64,000 nt of DNA from Mobula hypostoma (taxonomy: Eukaryota). The translations under genes were made by a program, and so were the position numbers. Of the stretch, positions 51,608 through 63,439 are shown piece after piece; within the stretch, counting starts at the first letter, position 1, and the number at the start of each line of letters is the position of its first letter. The stretch covers positions 14,510,001 to 14,574,000 of the forward strand of contig NC_086109.1 of the NCBI RefSeq assembly GCF_963921235.1. Direction: 5' to 3'. The notes under the pieces were generated by a model. That model made no database searches and had not been told where the DNA came from. It worked only from the letters and a program-made list of their open reading frames with translations.

Positions 51608-52186
51608 GAGTGAGATGAGAGTGTGAGAGTGAGAATGAGCGAGAGAGAGAGAGAGAGAGAGAGAGAGCGTGCGCAAAGGACAGAGTGAAGAAGTGTAAGG
51701 GACATGGAGGCAAATATAAACAGACAGAGATAGAAGTAAAGAGAGAGAGAGAGATACAAAGGAACTGGCAGAGAAAGAAGAAAGAAAGCAAAAGAAAGGG
51801 AGAGAGAGCAAGAGGGAGAGTGGATGAAAGGGAGAGAGAGAGAGGGGGTGAGAGAAACGGGGCTGAGAGAGACGGGGCTGAGAGAGAGGGGGTGAGAGAG
51901 AGGGGGTGAGAGAGACGGGGCTGAGAGAGACGGGGCTGAGAGAGAGGGGGCTGAGAGAGAGGGGGTGAGAGGGGGTGAAAGAGGGGGGCTGAGAGAGAGG
52001 GTGAGAGAGGGGAAGGGAGACTGGGAGGGGGAGGGAAGGGGAGGGAAGGTGAGAGAGAGTGAGCAAGAGAGTGAGAGAGAGTGAGAGTAAGTGATGGAGA
52101 GAGTGTGTGAGAGCAAGAGAGAGAGGGAGAGTAAAAGAGTGAGAGAGCGTGTAAATGTAAGTCTGAGTGAGAATGTGTGTGTGTGT
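51608..52186. repeat. GA-rich low-complexity region with (GA)n and 15-bp GAGAGAGACGGGGCT units
   Basis: Directly visible. Confidence 0.9.
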
Positions 52187-52530
52187 TTATAGCATCCACA
52201 TAAATGGAATCTGCCCATAGAGATCAAACATGTCAACACAATGCTATCAAAACCACGCAGAATTTGCTCACACATTTAACCATATCACAGCCAGGGACCT
52301 TTAACAGACCGAGCCAAAAATGCACGTCTCCTCCCAAAACACAGACCTTTGCCCCTTTCAGCCTCAAACATCCAGGCGAATAATTCTGAACCTGCCTTTG
52401 CTGTTACAATTTCAGGAAGGCCTGTTTGCCTGCTCCTTTGGAATACTGCAATGCAGCACTACCCTGACAGGAGTGCAATGTAGTTAATCGGGCTGCACGG
52501 CATTACATTGTCCTTAACACAGAGACCTAC

Positions 52531-52562
52531 CTCTTCTTCCTATCTGCCCTGAACTTTAGCAT
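52531..52562 (-). CDS. PLEKHA6: Candidate alternative start exon MLKFRADRKK(S); exon 52583-52531 with 21 nt of 5' UTR
   Basis: Acceptor gattttacag| at 52586-52584. In-frame TAA two codons before the ATG, A at -3, donor AG|GTAGGT in phase 2, matching exon 34254. Resembles an MLKFRVDR-type N-terminus I recall from fish plekha6 models (from memory, unverified). Confidence 0.7.
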
Positions 52563-53214
52563 TTTTTAAGTCACAGTCAGCTCCTGTAAAATCAACACCC
52601 CGGGATGTTTGTAGTGTCCTTTGTCCCACAGGCTCGGAATCTGGGGATCATTCCCAGCACATCCTCATATGCTCCTTGTCGGAATTCCACTAGCAGAGGC
52701 GGGGAGCAGAGCAGCTTCATTCTCCAGCCTCTGATTCCAACAGCCAGACAAAGCCTACACCTAGGCAGGCAGCAAGGTGAAGTGCAGGAAACAGAATTCC
52801 TCATGCAGATTTCTCGACTCAGACCTCCCCAAATGCTTCCCCTCCCCACCTCTCCTCCACACAACACCACCAGCACCTCTCTCATGGGAGCTTCTGAAGG
52901 ACACAGGAATCATTCAGGTACTGAAGACATAGTGGTCAGCAACCTGTCTCGGTAATAAAGCACAAGTCTTGACAATAAAGCTATTTTATAATAATTTGCT
53001 GCCTGCAAGTCTATGGTAAGACCGGCTTAATCCCCGACAACGATCGCAAAGCCGTCAACTGTGGCTGTCTCCTTCAATTTACACTGCTGAATTACAGTGT
53101 GAAATGTTTTACCCTTTACGTTCCACACTGACATACCAAGAGGAAAAGCAGCGGCAAGAAAGGCACTCAGGGTAGGGTCCGTGGGATTCACTCGCGGTGC
53201 TTTAAAGAGAAACG

Positions 53215-54005
53215 CACTCAAATTGCTGAAGGGGCTCAGCAGGTCAGGCAGCATCCATGGAGATCAATAAAGAGTCATTGTTTCAGGCCAGGACCCCTCA
53301 TCAGGATTGCAAGGGAAGGGGATAAGAATTCAGAATAAGAAGGTGGGGGGAGGAGAATGGTTACAAGTTGGAAGCTGATAGGCAAAGCCAAGTAAGGGGA
53401 AAAGTGTAATCTGCTGGAGTCGTCTAATGTGTCCAGTACTCCTGATGCGGCCTCCTCTGCATTGGGGAGATCCATTGTAAATTGGGGACTGCTTCGTCAA
53501 GCAACTCCGCTTCATCAGCCAAAAACAGAACTTCCCACTGGCCATACATTTTAATTCCCATTCCCGCTCCAACAAGTCAGTCCTTGTGCCATGATGAGGC
53601 TACCCTCAGGGTGGAGGAGCAACACCTTATATTCCTTCTAGATAGCCTCCAATCTGATGGCATGAATAACAATTTCTCCTTCTGGTTAAAAAAATTCTCT
53701 CCCCCCCCTTCTTCTACTCCTCCCTCTGGCCTCTTACCTCTTCTCATCTGTCTATCACCTCCTCCTTCTTTCCCTTTCTCCCATGATCCACTCCTATTTC
53801 ATTCCTGCCTCTCCAGCCCTTTACCTTTCCTACCTACCTGGCTTCACTCATTACCTTCTAGCTAGTCCTCCTTCCCCTCTCCCCACCATTTTATTCTGGC
53901 ATCTTCCCCCTTCCTTTCCAGTCCTGAAGAAGGGTCTCAGCCTGAAGTGTTGACTCTTTCATCTCTGCCTGACCTGCTGAGTTCCTCCAGCATTTTGTGT
54001 GTGCT
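53215..54005 (+). mobile_element. Penelope-like element remnant: inverted terminal repeat, degenerate GIY-YIG endonuclease C-terminus and 3' terminal repeat
   Basis: Decayed C..C.CGLL.IGE...LGD.FV..L and HDEATLRVEEQHLIFLLDSLQSDGMN motifs, pyrimidine-rich tract, hammerhead-like motifs at 53273-53308 (-) and 53920-53955 (+). Confidence 0.8.
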
Positions 54006-54319
54006 GTTGAGGGGAAAGGTAGGTGGGCGAGGCTAGATTAACTCTTACACTATAGGATGCCCCAGATCACTGCACAGAACTAATTATCAAACAAAGCCTG
54101 ACACTGAGCACATAAGGAAATATTGGGACAGGGCACCAAAAACTTGGCCAAAGAAGTAGCTTTGACTAAGGGAAGGAGAAAGAGAGAAAGGCAGAGACGC
54201 ACAAGGTAAAAGCAGGAATTTGGTTTATTTCCAGTGTGTAAGGCTCCAAGACAATCACCAGGCTCAATGCTAGCACGGCTCGTTCCCTTATTCCAACAAA
54301 CGATTCATATTTATTATGG

Positions 54320-56075
54320 CACACACAAAATGCCAGAGGAAATCAACAGGTCAGGCAGCTTCTATGGAGTGAAAAAAAGTCTACATTTCGGGCCAAAGCC
54401 CTTCATCAGGACTGGAAAGAAAGGGGAGGTGATGATAGGTGGAGCCAGGTGAAGGGAAGGTAGGTGACTGGGGAAGTGGGGTGGGAAGTGAGAAGCTGGG
54501 GTGGGAAGTGAGAAGCTGGGGCGTGACCACCTCTCAGCTTCTCACTTCATCTCCCTGGCACCACACACCTACCTGCCCCTTCACCACACTCCTACCTTCC
54601 CCTTCACAACACTCTTACCTTCCCCTTCACCCATCACCTACCTTCCCCTTCACCCATCACCTACCTTCCCCTTCACCACACTCCTACCTTCCCCTTCACC
54701 ACACTCCTACCTTCCCCTTCACCCGCCACCTACCTTCCCCTTCACCACACTCCTACCTTCCCCTCCACCCATCACCTACCTTCCCCTTCACCCATCACCT
54801 ACCTTCCCCTTCACCACACTCCTACCTTCCCCTTCACCACACTCCTACCTTCCCCTTCACCACACTCCTACCTTCCCCTTCACCACACTCCTACCTTCCC
54901 CTTCACCCATCACCTACCTTCCCCTTCACCCACCTTCCCCTTCACCACACTCCTACCTTCCCCTCCACCACACTCCTACCTTCCCCTTCACCCATCACCT
55001 ACCTTCCCCTTCACCACACTCCTACCTTCCCCTTCACCGCACTCCTACCTTCCCCTTCACCCATCACCTACCTTCCCCTTCACCCACCTTCCCCTTCACC
55101 ACACTCCTACCTTCCCCTCCACCACACTCCTACCTTCCCCTTCACCCATCACCTACCTTCCCCTTCACCACACTCCTACCTTCCCCTTCACCACACTCCT
55201 ACCTTCCCCTTCACCACACTCCTACCTTCCCCTTCACCACACTCCTACCTTCCCCTTCACCCATCACCTACCTTCCCCTTCACCACACTCCTACCTTCCC
55301 CTTCACCACACTCCTACCTTCCCCTTCACCCATCACCTACCTTCCCCTTCACCACACTCCTACCTTCCCCACACTCCTACCTTCCCCTTCACCCATCACC
55401 TACCTTCCCCTTCACCCACCTTCCCCTTCACCACACTCCTACCTTCCCCTCCACCACACTCCTACCTTCCTCTTCACCCATCACCTACCTTCCCCTTCAC
55501 CACACTCCTACCTTCCCCTCCACCACACTCCTACCTTCCTCTTCACCCATCACCTACCTTCCCCTTCACCACACTCCTACCTTCCCCTTCACCACACTCC
55601 TTCCTTCCCCTTCACCACACTACTACCTGCCCCTTCACCACACTACTACCTGCCCCTTCACCCATTACCTACCTTCCCCTCCACCACACTCCTACCTTCC
55701 CCTCCACCACACTCCTACCTGCCCCTTCACCACACTCCTACCTGCCCCTTCACCACACTCCTACCTTCCCCTTCACCACACTCCTACCTGCCCCTTCACC
55801 ACACTCCTACCTTCCCCTTCACCATACTCCTATCTTCCCCTTCACCACACTCCTACCTGCCCCTTCACCCATCACCTTCTAGCTTGTACGCCTTCCCCTT
55901 CCCCCCACCTGCTTATTCTGGCTTCTTCCTTCTTCCTTTCCAGTCCTGATGAAGGTTCTTGACCTGAAAGTGACTCTATTCCTTTCCACAGATGGTGCCT
56001 GAGCTGCTGAGTACCTCCAGCATTTTGTGTGTGTGTTACTCTGGATCTCCAGCATCTGCAGAATCTCCTGTGTTT
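54320..56075. mobile_element. Penelope terminal repeats in inverted arrangement, enclosing a minisatellite
   Basis: Minus-strand end 54320-54520 (hammerhead motif 54378-54413) and plus-strand end 54530-56075 (motif 55942-55975; ...ctccagcattttgtgtgtg). Confidence 0.75.
54559..55875. repeat. 23-bp variant minisatellite (CACCACACTCCTACCTTCCCCTT / CACCCATCACCTACCTTCCCCTT), roughly 55-60 units
   Basis: Directly visible tandem array of two 23-mer variants with occasional 16-mer CACCCACCTTCCCCTT units. Confidence 0.97.
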
Positions 56076-57839
56076 CTATTTATAATGGCACCGAGTCACC
56101 AATTGATTGCCCACCACTGCAGCACATTCAGGTCCTCAATAAAACACCAGAACAGATAAATGCAATGGAATATCAGACCCAAATATATAACACATGATAT
56201 ACAAGCATCACCATCTGGTATGGAGGGGCCACTGCAGAGGATTGGGAAAAACTGCAGAGGGTTGCAAACTCAGCCAGCTCCATCACGGGCACCAACCTCC
56301 CCAACATCGAGAACACCTTCAAAAGGTCATGTCTCTAGAAGGCACCATCCATCATTAAGGACCCCACCATGCAGGAAAAGACCTCCTTATCAATAGCATC
56401 AGAGAGGAGGAAGCGGAGCCTGAAGTCTTAGGAACATTTTTTTTTGCTTTTTTATACATAATTTTTAAAAATGTATTTCTTAACCTGATTTATAGTATAT
56501 TTTATGTCTTGCTTGGGCGGTGGGATGGAGACATTTTTCTACCAAAGGAGGTGTAAGATGCTCCTTCCCTCCGCTAGCCTGCAGGTCACCCTTGGGCAAG
56601 TTGTAGCCAGCCCCTGATCAGGGTCATGTGAAGCCACGGGAGCAGGCAGTGGATGGCCACATGAGCAGCTGGTGCACATCACAAGTCCTGGTTATACGAC
56701 CACTGACACCAGGCAGACGATCTCTGAGGCGTACTGGTAATGGTTGGGGGTCACCTGTATTGTAAAGACAATGCCCAGAAGAGGGCAATGGCAAAGCACT
56801 TCCGTAAAAAAAAAAATTGGCAAGAACAATCACGATCAAAGACCACAATTGTCCTCATCATACAACACGGCAGAAAACGAACAAATGACCTGTACTGCTG
56901 CCGCAAAACACAAATTTCATGACATACATCAGTGATAATAAACCTGATTCTGGATAAGCTGGGACCTTGGGCAAATAGGTATTCACACACAACTTCACGT
57001 AATGCTAGAACAATATATTGGTAAACACATAAGCCCTCTACCACTCTGGTCAATTATATTGTGAATTATTTTCTAAATAGAAATGGAAACAAGTGTGCAT
57101 TTGAATCATTCAGCAGAGTACTGTTGTGTAACAGAATTCGATTTGATAGGTGATCTTGAAACATGAGCAAGCTAGGTCAAACCTCAAGTTTTTTTTCCAA
57201 CAGCAACATTTGATATGGTTCAACAGTAGGAAGCAAACTCAGTAAGAGCTAGAGAGGAGAAGCTGGAATTAGTCCGACGTGGACAGTGAAGTGATTGATG
57301 GCATTTCATCCAACTGCTCGTGGAACTTCGAGTTGCCTGATGCTCTCAAGTGCACAAAACACTTTAGCCAAGTTATCCATCACTGAGATTGAGTTTTCAA
57401 CTGAGGAGAATTGCTGATCACAGGGTACGGACAAGAAAACAAGTGTTGAGATCAAAGGTCAGACCAAACATGATCTTAATGAATGGCAGACCAGGCTCGA
57501 GGGGATGTGTGACCTGCTCCTGCTCCCAGTTCTGACGTTGCTAGGTATGCACACACAAATTTAATGACTTGAGTGCTGCGGTGAAAGAACATGGAACAGC
57601 TACTCAATGAATAGTTGTGGTGAACAATACATATCTACATTTTCATTTCCTGAGATGTCAGGCACTGCACTTACTCCTATTGCCAGCTACTCTTGAGAAG
57701 ATTATAGTTGCCACCTTTCTTAAACCACTGAAGTCCTAAGTCCACATCTAAATTCACATCTACTGTACTATCACCATGAAGGACAAGGACAGCAAGTTCA
57801 AGTTTGTTGTCACCTGACTGTATATACACACACAAACCA

Positions 57840-58645
57840 AGTTGATTCCAGCTAATAGAGCTAATGGTCAATCCGGGCAGCCGCTTATTTGGGGCAACTC
57901 TCAAAGAACAAAACCTAATAGAGAAAATGGATGGGATTTCCTTCATTGATTTGGGACACCATGCTGCTTAATTGGGGCAGAAGTCTGTTGCTGAACAGTT
58001 TCTAACTAGCGTCAGTCACGTGCATTTGTGTGGACGTTAGTCACTATACTGTGCTTAGAGTATACAGTTTTTAAGTAGCGTTAGTTGCGTGCATTTGAGT
58101 TCAAAGAGCATTGACTTTCGTCACTGATAGTTGGCAAGAAATAAGCAGCAAGACTCATGGCGGTTTCAAGCATTCAGGGCTGGAGATGCCAGAAACAGCT
58201 GGAAATAAAAATATTAAGTGATTTCACTACTTCAACAAGTTAGGAGCAACAAAGAATTTGAAGGTATCGACAAACATCTTGAATGTTACAATGAAAATGA
58301 AGATTTGGAGGATACAGTCATTGAGAATTGCATGAAGGCAGTCCCCTATCTACGCAAGTTGTCTGCACTGATTTTGTTCATTTACAGTCAATCAAAAGAA
58401 CATGGCAGCCTACATGGGATCCATGAATAGCTATTAGGAGCTAAGACAGTTTTATAGTCCTGTAGTAGTATTTGTAGTGTTCTAATTTGTTCTGCTTTTC
58501 ATTTAAATACACAATTTGCTACTCAGTTAAATGGTAATTTGACTTCTTTATACCTTTTTAACTATTTCCATGAAAATCTGGCTAATTGGGGTAGTCGGTT
58601 AATTGAGGCAAAATGTACTGGTCCTGATGTGTCTCAATTAATTGG

Positions 58646-58647
<2 letters not shown>
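57840..58647 (+). mobile_element. Probable Tigger/pogo-like DNA transposon derivative
   Basis: Degenerate TIR-like ends (gttgattccagctaat... and ...caattaattggaa), repeated ttaattggg(g/c)ca subterminal motifs, and an acidic peptide remnant EFEGIDKHLECYNENEDLEDTVIE. Confidence 0.55.

Positions 58648-58679
<32 letters not shown>
58648..58679. repeat. (GT)n microsatellite
   Basis: Directly visible. Confidence 0.95.
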
Positions 58680-58684
<5 letters not shown>

Positions 58685-59345
58685 AAATAACACATAACAC
58701 AAGATATTACCACAAATAAGTTAAAATATAATTCAAAATGCATGTGAAGTGCACAGCACAAATAAACAGTAAACAGCTCACTGTCCTAGTGACAAGACCT
58801 CAGTGGTGACAGGGTATTCATTAGTCTCACACCTGGGGGAAGAAGCTATTACCCAGTTTGACATCCTAGTCCTGATGCTCCTGTACTTCCTTCTTGATAG
58901 AAGTGGGTCAAAGAGATTGCGGGATGGGTGGTAGGGATCCTCAACAATGCTTAGGCCCATCGCATATAACGTTCTGGTAAATGTCACAAATCAGGGTGGG
59001 GGGGTGGGAGAATTAGGGAGACACTGGTGACCCACTTGATAGTTTTTACTCTCCTCTGTAGGGTGTGACGGTCCAATGTCTTGCAGCCTCCGTATCACAC
59101 AATGATCCAGCCAAAGAAGACGCGTTCTATGTTGCTCCTGCAGAAAGTTGTTAGAACAGGGTGGGGAGGCTTGCATGCCTCAGTCTCCTCATAAAGTGTA
59201 GATATTGCTGTGCCTTCTAGACCAATGAGGAGTTGTTGTGGGTCCAGGTTAGATCGTCGGTTATGTGCAGACCTATGAACTTTGTGCTCTTCACTCTCTC
59301 TACAGCAGAGCCATTGATGAGCAATGGAGAGTGGTCAACCTGCAC
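58680..59345 (-). mobile_element. Rex1/Babar-like LINE 3' fragment
   Basis: Reverse strand gives IVEDPYHPSRNLFDPLLSRRKYRSIRTR, the family's DPHHP..LF..LPSGRRYRS motif. Confidence 0.7.
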
Positions 59346-60144
59346 CTTGCAGCATCAATTGCTTGGGAAGACCACCAGCTACATGTTCCCACCCAGGTCA
59401 TACACCATCCTGAATTGGAAATATAGCACTGACCCTCAGTCAGTGGGTCGAAGTGCTAGAACTCCTTGTCCAACTGCACTGTGAGTGTTGCTTCAGAATC
59501 AGATATATTATCACTGGCATGTATTGTGAAATTTGTTATTTTGAGACACCCAGAAGGACAAAGCAGGTACAATAACATTTAAAAGACATTTGGATAAGTA
59601 CATGGAGAGGAAAGTTCGAGAGCAATATGGACCAAATATGGGAAAACAAGACTAGTTTGATCAGCATGGACTAAATGGGCCAAAGGGCCTGATCCCATAC
59701 TGTGTTACTCTACAACCAAGGACTGTAACAGTTCATTGTGGTGTCTCACCACCACATTCTCAAGGGTAGGATACAATGGTCTTGTCGGCAACAATATGAT
59801 TCTAAAATAAATTAATAAATAATGTGAAGGGTGTACTCCCATAATGCTGCTAAGCTTGGAGTTGCAGGATTTATAACCAACGTTAATGAAGAAATGGTGA
59901 TACAAAGTGGTGCACAATTTCTAACCGGTGATGTTCTGCCACTGCCCTTGTACACAGTGGCTGAGATGGCAAGTCTGGGAAATGCTCTTGGTGGACTCTG
60001 GGTAGAAACGAAGGTGCATTTTGTAGCTACATATGTTGCAGTCGCAATGTACGGTGGCAGAGAGAGTTAATTCAAATGGTAGTAGATGGGGTGCCATCTT
60101 GGATGGTATGGAGTTCCTTTAGAGCTGTTGGACTATGAGGCTAG

Positions 60145-61400
60145 GCCGGGCCCAAATGCAATCTATAAGTTCACTGATGACACACTCCCATGTACTGTGA
60201 TGAAGTGCTTTGAGAGATATGTTATGGCTAGAATTAACTCTGGCCTGAACGAGGACCTGGACCTACTGCAACCTGCCTATCACCACACCAGGGACAGCGG
60301 GCGCAAACTCACTAGCTCTCCACTCAACCTGAGACCACCCGGACAACAGCAATACCTACAACAGGCTGCTGTTTATTGATTACAGCTCAGAGTTCAACAC
60401 CATATTAACATCACTACTAATCAACAAGCTCCTAAACCTGGGCCTCTGTACCCCCTCCTGCATCTGGAGCCTTGACTTCCCCCCCATCAGGAGACCACAG
60501 GCAGTGTAAATCAGTAATAATATCTCCTCCACATTGACAATCAACACCGGTGCACCTCAAGGATGCATGTTTAGCCCACTGCTTTACTCTCTCTCTATTT
60601 ATAACTGTGTGGCTAAGTTCAGTTCAAATGTCTTCTATAATTTCACCTATCACACCACTTTTGTTGACAGAAAGTCAGTGACAAGGAGGTATGCAGGAGT
60701 GAAAGACACCAGCTGGCCAAGTGGTGTCACAACAGCAATTGTATACTCAATGTCAGTAAGATCAAGGAATTGATTATGGACTTCAGGAAGGGGAAGCTGG
60801 GAGAACTCATACCAGTCCTCCTTGAGGGGTCAGCAGTGGAAAGGGTGAGCAGATTCGAGTTCCCAGGTATCAACATCTCAAGAGGATCGATCACGGGCTT
60901 AACACTTTGATGCAATCACGGTAAGGCCTGCCAGCAGCTATACTTCATCAGGAGTTTTAGGAGATTTGGTTGGTGAAGACTCTAGCAAATTTTACAGATG
61001 CAGTGTGGAGAGCATTCTGACAGGTTTGGGTGCTTCAAAGTGCAGGACTGAGGGTTGTAGAATCAGCCAGCTCCATCATGGGCACCTTCAAAAGATAGTG
61101 CCCTAAGAAGGCAGCACCCATCATTAAAAACCCTCACCATCAGGATATGCCCTCTTCTCATTACTATCATCGGGGAGGAAGCACAGGAGCCTGAAGACCC
61201 ACACTCAATGCTTTAGGAACAGCTTCTTCCCCTCTGCCATCAGGTATCTGAATGGACATTGAACCCATGAACACTTCCCTGCTATTCCACTTTTGCACTA
61301 TTTACTCGTGACATATCACAATTTTTAATGTCTTGCACCACTGCTGCAAAACAACAAATTTCGCACCATATGTCAGTGATAATAGACCTGATTCTGATTC
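60145..61400 (+). mobile_element. Rex1/Babar-like LINE, decayed RT and 3' end
   Basis: Frameshifted RT motifs VMKCFERYVMARINSGL..LDLLQ.AY and TINTGAPQGCMFSPLLYSL; tail ...cctgattctgattc. Confidence 0.8.
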
Positions 61401-61949
61401 AGATTCTCATCTGGGCAAAGGAAGAATATTCCATCACACGTGACCTGTGTGCATGTGGAAAGGTTCTGGGAGTCAGGCAATGAATTTTAAAAACTACAGA
61501 AACAATTGATAGGGATGGGACAAACCTATTGGGGAGCATACACATGACACACACCAGGTGAAGGGAATGGTGTAAGATCTATTACATTTTATGAGGACGT
61601 CCCTGTGTTTGAATAAAAAGATAAAAATAACCAAGGCTATGCCTTAATCTTGCCAGAAACTAGATGGAAGCAGTCACTGATAACAACAAAATGGGTGGGT
61701 AGACTGAACTTAAATTGGTAGAAGAGTAGACACCCACATTACAGCAGAGAAAAACAGATCACGAAATATTTCATTACTGGTGAGAAACTAGGTGTGGATG
61801 CACAAACTTACTAATCACTGAAGATTAAAACATAGAACTGTTCAGGGCATACATCCCAAAAGTGTTGTGCTGAATTAAATTTATAAATGCCTCGTTAAAC
61901 TAATCCCTTTTGCCCACACGTTTCGTATCACTCCATTCTCTGCACATCC

Positions 61950-62760
61950 CGAGGGATCAACAGTAGAGCTGTACAGGAGTAAGATAGATCAGCTGGTTGA
62001 GTGGTCTCACAACAACAACCTTGCACTCAATGTCAGTAAGACTAAAGAACTGATCGTGGGCTTCAGGAAGGGGAAGTCAAGGGAAGGCATGTCAGTTCTC
62101 AGTGAGGGATCAGCATTGGAAAAGGATAGTACTTTCAAGTTGCTGGATGTCAACATCTTTGAAGGTCTATCCACTGCAGTTACAATGAAGACAAGTTAGT
62201 AGCTTTATTTCATTAGAAGTCTGAAGGGATTTTGTATGTCACCAAAGGCTCCAGCAAATTTCTGCTGACGTACCATGGAGAGTAATCCGTCTGGTTGCAC
62301 AACCATCTGGTATTGAGGGGCCACCACACAGGATGAGAAAAAGCCGCAGAGGGTTGCGAACTCAACCAACTCCTTCATGTGCCTTACCAGCATCTTCAAA
62401 AGGTGATGCCTCACAAAGGTGGCATCCCTCACTGAAGACTCCCATCATCACGGACATGCCCTCTTCTCAATGCTACCATCAAGGAGGTGGTATAGGAGCC
62501 TGAAGACACACACTCAATGTTTTAGGAACAGCATCTTCCCCTCTGTCATAAGATTTCTGAATGGACAATGAACCAACCTATGAACTCTACCTCACTAATT
62601 TTTGCTCTCTTTTTGCACTGCCCAATTAATTTACATTTTTTAATTTAAATTTCTTTTTTTTTGAAATTTATAGTATTTTTTTGTTTTGCACTATACTCTT
62701 GCCACAAAACAACGAAGTTGACGCATATATCAGTGATATAAACCTGAGTCGATTCTGATA
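61950..62760 (+). mobile_element. Rex1/Babar-like LINE 3' fragment
   Basis: Homologous to 60690-61400. Confidence 0.75.
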
Positions 62761-63439
62761 TCCACATGCTGATCTAACAGCCTTTTAAATACTTCTATCA
62801 TAACTGCTTCCACCAGCACCCTGGTAGTGCATGTCGTCCTGCACATCTCCACTGACCCTCCTCACCACCCCATCTTAAATTCATACATTCTAGTATTAAA
62901 TATTTTGCCCTGGGAAAAAATGATACTGGTGTCAACCAAGCCGATGGAAAAAGAGTTGCTAAAGGTTAGTGAGTTACTGGCCTTCATCACCAGAGGGTGA
63001 AATCCAAATGTGTCGAAATGGCATTTCAATTGCAGAAAGCCCTGCTCCTCATGACGAAGTGATCCACCCCTCACCCCCGTCTCCACCCCACGTGCCATCC
63101 CATGGAAGGATGGGTGTTCAAATGGGTGAAGTGCAGATTCACGTGGATATACTGGTGTTTAAGAGTTAAATTGGGCTGATCAGTTGCATGAATGTGGTTG
63201 GTAGGTGCCTGAAGATAATAGGAATGATGGCCAAAAGACTTAGGATATGGGAATGAAGGGCTGGATCTCAGGACTTTGAAAGGTGGGGGGAGGGTAGGGA
63301 GGATGCAGTATTCATACCCGGTATGGCCTCACACAATGGAGCAGGGTACATGAATGGTGTCTGAGGACCTGGTGGAGGATACAGAAGGGGGACAAAGGTC
63401 CCTAGAAGAAGGAAACATGCTGCAAAAGCGGTTCCACAA

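Noticed and set aside
51505..52275. 256-, 203- and 185-aa Ser/Leu/Pro ORFs
   Set aside because: Translations of GA/CT low-complexity sequence.
54559..55875. Possible CRISPR-like array
   Set aside because: No unique spacers; the units are contiguous variants of each other; eukaryotic intron with no cas genes.
54439..55962. 507-aa and 482-aa Pro/His/Thr-rich ORFs
   Set aside because: Artefacts of a stop-free 23-bp minisatellite, open in several frames and antisense to the real gene.
60086..60773. Intact autonomous retrotransposon
   Set aside because: RT motifs are split across frames with stops; no intact TE ORF exists anywhere in the window.
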